From assembly GCA_038874185.1 (NCBI GenBank), contig JAVZCX010000005.1, positions 1 through 24,000 on the forward strand: DNA of 24,000 bases, in the 5' to 3' direction. The position numbers and the translations under genes were made by a program. Below are positions 1-7,169 of the stretch, in pieces. Below the pieces are notes generated by a model. The model worked only from the letters and a program-made list of their open reading frames with translations, had not been told where the DNA came from and did no database searches. This DNA is from Candidatus Micrarchaeia archaeon (GTDB lineage: Archaea; Micrarchaeota; Micrarchaeia; CABMEP01). Within the stretch, counting starts at the first letter, position 1; every line of letters begins with the position of its first letter.

Positions 1-111
1 TGTTTTTTGCTTTATTTCCTGTTTTTTATCCAATTTCACTTATTCACCTTTTAAGTGTTTATTTGATTATAGATAATTATAAAAAATATATTTAAATTGT
101 TCATATGACTA

Positions 112-972
112 TTACTCAATCTTCTCATAGCTACTTAATCTCAATTCCATGCCTTCGCTTGAAATAGTTATTGGGAATGGAAGATCTGAAATTGCTATCT
201 TTGTTTCCGAAACAGAAGTTGATTGAGAAGGATAATTTGTAGGCTGTTCATATGATCTTAACAGATATTCCTTAACATTAAAGCTTCCAGCCTCTGTATT
301 CATATTCGATGTTCTATTCAAATCAATTAGGCTTTCCATGCAGATTCTTGTTGGAATGTCTGCAGGCATGCAATCTGCTGATTGAGGGTATTCCTTACCT
401 TGTACTGAAAATATATATGATGCGTTAAGACAATTAAAGTTTGAATCATAATTATAGAGCATTGTTATTTCTGAAACTGTTTGCTCGAAATCTGCTGTGG
501 ATGTGTTAGAATTATTTGATGAATTATTTGATGAAATTTCATAAAATTGGGAAAGATTCATAAAATAAGTAATTTTTCTAACATAACCGATACCGCTAGC
601 ATGGCTCTCCTTTCTTTCTGTCTTATAATCTATATAACCTATCTCAATCAAAGAGCTGTTAGTTCCATAAACATACCAATCATATCTTACATTGTACTTC
701 ACACTGTCTTTGGTAATTGGTGAATCGCATTCAGAAAGATAGGAATAATTTGATTGTTGAATAGAACTGGAAACGTTCAAATATGATGAAGACTTGACAT
801 TTTTAGAAAGAAAACTTGGTAAGATTGACAAAATATATGCGATTATAAATAATCCAACTATAATTGCAAGATAAAAGACAAAATGCCTTATGAAATCTGA
901 TTTTGCTGTATTTGCATCTTCTTTAGCTAATTTTTCTTTAATTTTTTTGCTTTTCTTTGATTTTTCATCCAT
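112..972 (-). CDS. Single-pass (type II-like) membrane-anchored protein with an N/S-rich ectodomain; unknown function; last gene of the array transcription unit in this window
   Basis: 286-aa ORF. K-rich N-terminus (MDEKSKKSKKIKEKLAKED) is followed by one hydrophobic span (FVFYLAIIVGLFIIAYILSILPSFL). The rest is rich in N, S, T and Y, with about ten N-x-S/T sequons by manual count and several Cys. GGTGAT Shine-Dalgarno motif lies 4 nt upstream of the ATG (rc of 973-990). Confidence 0.7.
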   Translation of the reverse strand: MDEKSKKSKKIKEKLAKEDANTAKSDFIRHFVFYLAIIVGLFIIAYILSILPSFLSKNVKSSSYLNVSSSIQQSNYSYLSECDSPITKDSVKYNVRYDWYVYGTNSSLIEIGYIDYKTERKESHASGIGYVRKITYFMNLSQFYEISSNNSSNNSNTSTADFEQTVSEITMLYNYDSNFNCLNASYIFSVQGKEYPQSADCMPADIPTRICMESLIDLNRTSNMNTEAGSFNVKEYLLRSYEQPTNYPSQSTSVSETKIAISDLPFPITISSEGMELRLSSYEKIE

Positions 973-1046
973 AAAATCACCATTCGATCATCACTTAATT
1001 TTTAGTAAGTAATTATCGCGAATTATCTAATCTCTAACAACTGTTG

Positions 1047-2333
1047 TCATAACATTCTAAACATTGTCCTTCCGATCTCAGATATATCAGCTCCCAAAAT
1101 GCTTGAGAGAGAACGGATAAATATGAAAGTAACTCCAAGAGAGATTAACATATAAACAAATGCCATAAATCTCATAGAATTCATGCCTGCTTGTATCTTA
1201 AGTGTAGATGCATCTAACTGCGCAAAATCCTCTGCTCCAGATGTTAATATGGATTCGGTTGCACCAATATTGACTGGACAGGATTTTTCTACCATCTCAG
1301 GGCTTAATTGAATCTGCAAATTACAACCCTCAATCTGTCTTGGCCCACCTACGTAAAGAAGAGTATAAACTAATGGATAAACAAAATAAAATCCGATTGC
1401 AATCGCCACCAATACTGCTCCTGCACCCCTTGTTGGTGGAAATGAACGCAGTATCAAACCGATTGGTAAGAAGAGTGTAAATAAAGAAGTTTCAATAAAC
1501 TTTAAAACTGCAATCTGTGCATATAAGAAAAGTGAAAGCCATGCTAACTCATTCATATTATAATCTGCCTTTGCAGCTGTGATTGCCCAAGATTTCACAA
1601 ATGCAAATGGATTTGGAAGTGGCAGACTCAGATCCTTTTTTTTACTTAGCTCAATAATGATTCCCAAATACATTGTCATTAACTTGGAATATGTTTTTGC
1701 TTTGTCATACTCTGTTTTCATTTGTTGCTTTGCACAGTCTAGCATGTTTCTCATAAACGCAAGAGATACATCAAACGGGCTTATTTGGATTTGGCCCGAT
1801 AAAGCCCCTGCTTGAACCGAACCACCAGAAGAATTAAGAACCAATGCGGCTGTAATCGTCCTAGATGTGCCCTCTAATTTTGTTAGCATGTCTGTTTCAA
1901 ATGTTTCAAAGCCAAAAAGGAATGCTATAAGAAGGGCTGATGCTAAGACCTGCATTAGTTCTGCAAATGCAATTCTCTTAAATTGATCAGATTGAAATGC
2001 ATATGCAATCATATAAAATATTGCAACGCCAAGAAATGCAATCAGCAGAACAATAGTTGAGACTACAAACCAAGGTGATAATCCACCCGCAGGTGTAGAT
2101 TTAAGAAGTGTTTTTTTACTCCAACATTCTGCACTTGTAATGCAGTCCCTGCATGTATTATTATCACAGATTTGACCCTGCGGACAATCCAAATGAGAAG
2201 TGCAGGAACGAGCGTAGATGAAATTTGAAAGAATTATTAAAAATAAAATGAATAAAACAAAATAGGAAAATCTATGCATGAACTTTGTTGCTTTTACTTC
2301 TTCCTTTTTGAATTTATTAACTGTTATTTTCAT
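1047..2333 (-). CDS. Polytopic membrane protein, paralog P6 of an unrecognised family; carries a six-Cys N-terminal ecto-module
   Basis: 428-aa ORF. Signal peptide ends in IYA|RS, followed by CTSHLDCPQGQICDNNTCRDCITSAEC and several hydrophobic spans. Core family motif FLPIGLILRSFPPTRGAGAVLVAIAIGFYFVYPL. C-terminal tail GADISEIGRTMFRML. Confidence 0.85.
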   Translation of the reverse strand: MKITVNKFKKEEVKATKFMHRFSYFVLFILFLIILSNFIYARSCTSHLDCPQGQICDNNTCRDCITSAECWSKKTLLKSTPAGGLSPWFVVSTIVLLIAFLGVAIFYMIAYAFQSDQFKRIAFAELMQVLASALLIAFLFGFETFETDMLTKLEGTSRTITAALVLNSSGGSVQAGALSGQIQISPFDVSLAFMRNMLDCAKQQMKTEYDKAKTYSKLMTMYLGIIIELSKKKDLSLPLPNPFAFVKSWAITAAKADYNMNELAWLSLFLYAQIAVLKFIETSLFTLFLPIGLILRSFPPTRGAGAVLVAIAIGFYFVYPLVYTLLYVGGPRQIEGCNLQIQLSPEMVEKSCPVNIGATESILTSGAEDFAQLDASTLKIQAGMNSMRFMAFVYMLISLGVTFIFIRSLSSILGADISEIGRTMFRML

Positions 2334-2546
2334 ACGCTCACTTATACTATGAATAATACTCTGATTATAGATTTAAATTATATTTTAAATTATATTATGA
2401 TTAAATTATATTTATGAATTTATGAATAAATACAAATTAAATTAAATATTTATGCCATTATTACACCATTATTTATATTAATATACCATCTCACACTTGT
2501 ATCATTTTGTCATCAATTTATAACCTATACTCTTCATTTGTATTGT
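2334..2546 (-). promoter_or_regulatory. Probable internal promoter/regulatory spacer upstream of paralog P6
   Basis: Longest spacer in the array (213 bp) and extremely AT-rich. Contains three copies of the 12-mer TTAAATTATATT (2373-2384, 2385-2396, 2401-2412), 40-80 bp upstream of the P6 start. Confidence 0.35.
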
Positions 2547-3752
2547 TTATATCATTCTAGCCAAACCTGAGATATCAACTTCCTGTCCAAATGCACGACT
2601 CAGTTCTCTAACGATTGCTACTAAAATAATCCAATTTATTGCTGGAAGCAGAAAGACAGGCAACAATGTTTTACCTACCTCAATATAGCCTGAATTGAAC
2701 ATATCAACTGCAGTATTCAAAGAGCCTGAAAGAACCAACAGAAATGCTCCACCACCTAAGAGAGGTACAATTGTAAGCGGACCTAACGCAAGGATTGTAA
2801 CAGTTATTGATGACTCCCAATCCAACTGTGGGGGAGAAACTGGTTGTGGGGAGTTTATTATCATATAAGAAAATGAAAATAATATTGGATAAAAGAACCA
2901 CAAACCCAAAGCCAAAGCAATAAATGCTCCGCCAAGATCACGTGTGGGAGAAAAACATCTTAAGACAACTCCAACTGGTAATAAAAGATTGAGAAAATAT
3001 GTTTGAATTGAATATAAAACCACTTTATATCCGTGCAAAAGAGATATAGAAAGCATGATAAGGCTTGAAAACCAATTTAAACCACCCAAGGCAACACTTG
3101 TACCGGAAAGCAAGTTAGTGTATAACCCTATCTTTACAAAATTTCCTAGTGGAAGGAATGAAGGTGCGTTTACGGATATCCTACTTAGAGCAGATATATA
3201 CATTATAGAATTCATCATCTTTAAATATGCTGAAAGAGCAAGGGATTCTGCATAATCAAAATATTTTCCAGCAGTATCAAAAAATGATGCATCTGCAAAA
3301 CCGAATTGAGTCAGATCCACAGAACAAAATACCAATATAACACTATAAAGAACTCCAAGCATAATTGCAGTAACAAAGATTTGGATGATGTCTGTTTTAA
3401 CTCTTGCAAGCAAAGATGAAGCATCCAAAGCCTTTGCTATAAGAAACATGATAGATAATAGAGCAAATGATGCTAAAAGTCCAATCAAAGACAATGATTT
3501 CCAATTTTGTTCAACTCCAATCGGATTGCTTGTACTTTGGTTGCCGAAGTCTAATTGTAGAGCTACCTCGCAACCTTTAGGAACAGTTTGTTCTGTCGGC
3601 TGTTGTGACTGTGCAAAAATAAATGGTAATAATAAGAGTAAAAATGTAATTGCAGATGCAAATAAATGAATGTTTAATTTATAGCTGTAATTTTTTTTAT
3701 CAGACTTATTGTGATTAATTAATTTATGATAAATGAACTCTTTAATTTTCAT
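2547..3752 (-). CDS. Polytopic membrane protein, paralog P5 of the same family
   Basis: 401-aa ORF. Long n-region signal peptide ends in IFA|QS. Core motif LLPVGVVLRCFSPTRDLGGAFIALALGLWFFYPI. C-terminal tail GQEVDISGLARMI. GGTG SD-like motif upstream of the ATG. Confidence 0.85.
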   Translation of the reverse strand: MKIKEFIYHKLINHNKSDKKNYSYKLNIHLFASAITFLLLLLPFIFAQSQQPTEQTVPKGCEVALQLDFGNQSTSNPIGVEQNWKSLSLIGLLASFALLSIMFLIAKALDASSLLARVKTDIIQIFVTAIMLGVLYSVILVFCSVDLTQFGFADASFFDTAGKYFDYAESLALSAYLKMMNSIMYISALSRISVNAPSFLPLGNFVKIGLYTNLLSGTSVALGGLNWFSSLIMLSISLLHGYKVVLYSIQTYFLNLLLPVGVVLRCFSPTRDLGGAFIALALGLWFFYPILFSFSYMIINSPQPVSPPQLDWESSITVTILALGPLTIVPLLGGGAFLLVLSGSLNTAVDMFNSGYIEVGKTLLPVFLLPAINWIILVAIVRELSRAFGQEVDISGLARMI

Positions 3753-3823
3753 CGAAACACCAAATTACATATCAAATTCATAATGTATACAGTATATATT
3801 GATTAAATATATATCTCCTTATT

Positions 3824-3859
3824 AATCATTATATCAACCTAACAATCATTATATCAACC
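3824..3859. repeat. 16-bp direct repeat AATCATTATATCAACC x2 (period 20 bp) spanning the stop codon of paralog P4
   Basis: Copies at 3824-3839 and 3844-3859. The second encodes the last residues and stop (R-L-I-stop) of P4 on the minus strand. The first is an intergenic duplicate of that 3' end. Confidence 0.8.
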
Positions 3860-4997
3860 GCACCAATGTGCTCAGATCTATTTCTCCGCCCATCAACTCT
3901 GCAAGCCTTCTTATCACATTCAATGTTATTAAATATGCCATTAATGGAAGAACTGTTGCTTGAACTAATATAATATTTAGCATCTCAGTAGTTTTTGAAG
4001 ATGATAATTCATGCTTTAGTAGAGAAAGCAGATCCTCCGAAACCGCCCCCCGTACACCCAAGGAAATTGAATGAATAAGTACACTTAAAAAGCTAGTATC
4101 AATATCTGCTTTGCAAACGTCTGTTCCATTAAGAATATAGAAACCTATATCTTCTATAACTAAATAAAAGAATGGAAGAAAGATAGTAAATCCAAACACA
4201 ATTGCAATCAAAGCTGATCCTGCACCCCTTGTGTATGGAATTGTACGAAAGATCAGACCTAAAGGAAGCAGAACATTAAACAACCCTAATTGAAATTCTG
4301 ATGAAAGAAACACTGATTGGAGCGTAAGCTGCATCAAAACCGAACCGATAACCCCCATTGCAAGCGAACCAAATCCGATAAATCCGCCACCTGTTGGAAA
4401 GAGCGGAAAGTATTGATTATATTGACCTATCGATATAGACAAAGATGAGCTAATAGGAACTGAAAACACGCCAATGAATTTTATTAAATAAGCAGATGCC
4501 TTCTTTGTATACCCTATTAAACATGATACATAATTTAATACGTGTGCCTGAAGACTTACCCAGCTTGTTGAACTTATGCTTCTTTGGCTCTCTTGAAGTG
4601 GATTGACCCAATTTGTCTTAAGCAACGCAGGTGAAAATTTATCTAAAGTACTAAGAAGTCCTAAATAGATCATGAGAATAACCGCAGTTCCCAATACTTG
4701 AAAAAGAATCTCTTTTGATTTATTTATCAGGCTAGGATTCTCTAAAAACATTCCAAGTCCATAAAGCAATGCAACTATACTAATCATTGTCAGCATTAGA
4801 ATAACAGAGAGATTGACTAATACATCAGGAACACAAATACCATTCTTTATGTACGAGCCAAAACCGCATTGTGCTGCAAATGAAACTGGGCTGATTACAA
4901 CTAGAGATATCAAAAATAGAAGCAATGTTCCTTTTGACTTTGCTAACCTATTATCCTGATTTTTAATATTTTTAATATCAAAACCTATAATTGACAT
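3849..4997 (-). CDS. Polytopic membrane protein, paralog P4 of the same family
   Basis: 382-aa ORF. Signal peptide ends in SFA|AQ, followed by a C-x11-C ecto segment. Core motif LLPLGLIFRTIPYTRGAGSALIAIVFGFTIFLPF. C-terminal tail GGEIDLSTLVRLI. TAGGAG SD sits in the 17-nt spacer after the upstream gene. Confidence 0.85.
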   Translation of the reverse strand: MSIIGFDIKNIKNQDNRLAKSKGTLLLFLISLVVISPVSFAAQCGFGSYIKNGICVPDVLVNLSVILMLTMISIVALLYGLGMFLENPSLINKSKEILFQVLGTAVILMIYLGLLSTLDKFSPALLKTNWVNPLQESQRSISSTSWVSLQAHVLNYVSCLIGYTKKASAYLIKFIGVFSVPISSSLSISIGQYNQYFPLFPTGGGFIGFGSLAMGVIGSVLMQLTLQSVFLSSEFQLGLFNVLLPLGLIFRTIPYTRGAGSALIAIVFGFTIFLPFFYLVIEDIGFYILNGTDVCKADIDTSFLSVLIHSISLGVRGAVSEDLLSLLKHELSSSKTTEMLNIILVQATVLPLMAYLITLNVIRRLAELMGGEIDLSTLVRLI

Positions 4998-5014
4998 ACA
5001 AATCTCCTAATTTA

Positions 5015-6268
5015 CTAAATAATCCTCGTTAGTCCAGCAATCTCTGGATCTCCACCGATCATAGGTGAGAAGTGTCTTACAAACCCTAAGGTCACAAATA
5101 TTGCGAGAATTGGAAGTATGATTACTGATAGATATGCCCTTCCAAGTGCATCAAATAAACCTAATTTCACTAGTCTTGAACCATCATATTCACTGTATAA
5201 ATGTTCTATATTTGTAAATGACGATGTGGATCCAAGTAAAGGCCCAAAGATTGTAGCTGGATCAGATATCGAAAATGCAGTTACATCTATTTCTGGAAAT
5301 TGCGGTTCACCTAAAGTAACGGTTGACCTATCTATGCTATACCATGCTAAAACATACATCAATGGAACAAAGATGTAAATTCCAATTCCAAGAGCAATCA
5401 TAAGTCCGCCAAATTTTCTTAAAAACCAAAATGACCTTGAAACTATACCTATAACAAACAATAATCCTGAAAGAGAAGTTAGATATACTAATGCAAATTC
5501 CTGTATTTTAACTGCAGTTATTATTTTAAGATACTCTAAAAGTATTATCTCTATTATTTTGTTGTAGGAAAGATATTCTGGAAAAGCGCCGATTCCAAAT
5601 GAAAATGTAATTTGTTTTCCAAATAGAGTTACTTGGACTGAAGATCCGACTGATAATCCTTCATATAACTTCCCAACGAAATATGATTTAGAAAGCTGTT
5701 TTATAACCTGACCATATCGCTCGTATAATGAACCAAGGAAACCTCTAGCAATATAGATATGACATGGATATTCACAAGAAGGCGAACTAGTAGTTATAAG
5801 ATTCCATCTTCCTGTGCTGCTAACATAACTCCAATATTGAATGCTTCCATCTGCGGCAGTGGAAGAAAGAATGTCTTTTGCAAGTGAAGAAGCCAGACTC
5901 TCAACTATTCCAACGAAAGCAGTGAACAAAAAGAGAATTGCAATTGAAAGAACCACATTCATGGCTTCTTCCTTTGTCCATGCTTCCAGTTCACGCAATG
6001 CAAAGACCCTTGAAATCATAAATGCAATTCCCAAAAGTAAAATTACAATCAGCATTACAAAATAAGAAACAAACAGCCAATCTATATTTGTTGAAAAACC
6101 GAATACTCTTCCAACATTTGCTCCTGTCTGTGCGAATGCAACAGATGAAAGGAAAATAGATAAAGATAATACTAACAATACAAAATGAAGACTTTTGAAA
6201 CTAGCAAGATTAATGCAGATTCCGTTTTTATCCCCAGTTTTATCGTTTAATATAATAAGCCTTTTCAT
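5015..6268 (-). CDS. Polytopic membrane protein, paralog P3 of the same family
   Basis: 417-aa ORF. Signal peptide ends in AFA|QT. Post-TM1 helix SRVFALRELEAWTKEEAMNV. Core motif FVIGIVSRSFWFLRKFGGLMIALGIGIYIFVPL. C-terminal tail GGDPEIAGLTRII. The start codon overlaps the upstream stop as TAATG (6266-6270, minus strand). Confidence 0.85.
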   Translation of the reverse strand: MKRLIILNDKTGDKNGICINLASFKSLHFVLLVLSLSIFLSSVAFAQTGANVGRVFGFSTNIDWLFVSYFVMLIVILLLGIAFMISRVFALRELEAWTKEEAMNVVLSIAILFLFTAFVGIVESLASSLAKDILSSTAADGSIQYWSYVSSTGRWNLITTSSPSCEYPCHIYIARGFLGSLYERYGQVIKQLSKSYFVGKLYEGLSVGSSVQVTLFGKQITFSFGIGAFPEYLSYNKIIEIILLEYLKIITAVKIQEFALVYLTSLSGLLFVIGIVSRSFWFLRKFGGLMIALGIGIYIFVPLMYVLAWYSIDRSTVTLGEPQFPEIDVTAFSISDPATIFGPLLGSTSSFTNIEHLYSEYDGSRLVKLGLFDALGRAYLSVIILPILAIFVTLGFVRHFSPMIGGDPEIAGLTRII

Positions 6269-7146
6269 TATTCTCCCTTTAATTCTGCGAAATCATATTT
6301 AAATATTTCACTCAATGCTCTTGCACTTGCAATTGTAATGATACTGCTCAGTGCAGGAAAGAATACTGCCTGCGGTAGAATCAAACCTATGTTTTGCATT
6401 ATCTCCCGCATCTCACTTACTTGTAAGCAAGTGGAATCAAATTCAGTACTAATTCGTGAAGTAACAAAACCCTCTGTTGATTTCTCTGCAATTATATAAG
6501 TAAGTGGAAAAACGATATAAAATGCAAACGCGATTCCAATTATATAAGCAGCTGTATCTTTCATTCCAGGTATAATGCGTAATACTATTCCTATGGGTAG
6601 TAGATACTGAAATGCTATTATTGAAATAAAGATAAGGGCGTATTGCTGAATCATAAGGCTGGCAACAAATGGTGTAAGAAGTACTGCAAAATTCTCATAA
6701 ACGTTTGCGACTTCATTGCATCCTACTAACGGTGAATAAAAAAGTGCTTCATAGTCCTTTACCTCTGCGGAATAAATTCTGATTTCCTTTGCCTTGTTAT
6801 ACAATCCTTGTGATATGTCTGCAATTTGATTGCTTACTCTACCTGCATAGTTTATTGCAGATGTGAATGGGCTCTCATCATTCGTAATTGAGCAGGAAAG
6901 CGAGCAGGTAAGGTTAGCAACAATAGCTATGATTGAAATCCAGATAACTGCAACAGAAAGATGATAGAGCTCAAGTCTTACCATTGCTTCCCAATCACGC
7001 CTATTCAAAAATCTTGAAATCATGAAACCTATAGCCAATGCTAGAAGAACGATAAATATCAGAGCACCGATTGTAGGCATCCAATTTAAGTAATCTGATG
7101 ATAAAGTGCAAGTACCTAAACATGTTGGTATTTCACTGAATGTCAT
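6268..7146 (-). CDS. Polytopic membrane protein, paralog P2 (short form without N-terminal signal peptide)
   Basis: 292-aa ORF. It starts directly at the short ecto segment (PTCLGTC ... NWMP), then TM1. Post-TM1 helix SRFLNRRDWEAMVRLELYHL. Core motif LLPIGIVLRIIPGMKDTAAYIIGIAFAFYIVFPL. The tail is divergent (SEIFKYDFAELKGE). AAGGAG SD sits in the 23-nt spacer upstream. Confidence 0.85.
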   Translation of the reverse strand: MTFSEIPTCLGTCTLSSDYLNWMPTIGALIFIVLLALAIGFMISRFLNRRDWEAMVRLELYHLSVAVIWISIIAIVANLTCSLSCSITNDESPFTSAINYAGRVSNQIADISQGLYNKAKEIRIYSAEVKDYEALFYSPLVGCNEVANVYENFAVLLTPFVASLMIQQYALIFISIIAFQYLLPIGIVLRIIPGMKDTAAYIIGIAFAFYIVFPLTYIIAEKSTEGFVTSRISTEFDSTCLQVSEMREIMQNIGLILPQAVFFPALSSIITIASARALSEIFKYDFAELKGE

Positions 7147-7169
7147 GAATATTCAACTCCTTTAGCAGG

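Noticed and set aside
1-111. T-tracts (TGTTTTTTGC, CTGTTTTTTATCC) and an A6 run at 81-86 as terminators at the left edge
   Set aside because: These are plausible oligo-T terminators for an unseen plus-strand gene and for ORF112. However, such runs are common in this composition, and the upstream gene is outside the window.
6268-7146. Paralog P2 as a 5'-truncated pseudogene, because it lacks the signal peptide
   Set aside because: The upstream gene P1 ends with the intact family C-terminal tail. A clean 23-nt spacer with AAGGAG and an ATG follows. There is no residual signal-peptide coding sequence or frameshift. P2 looks like a genuine short isoform whose TM1 can act as a signal anchor.
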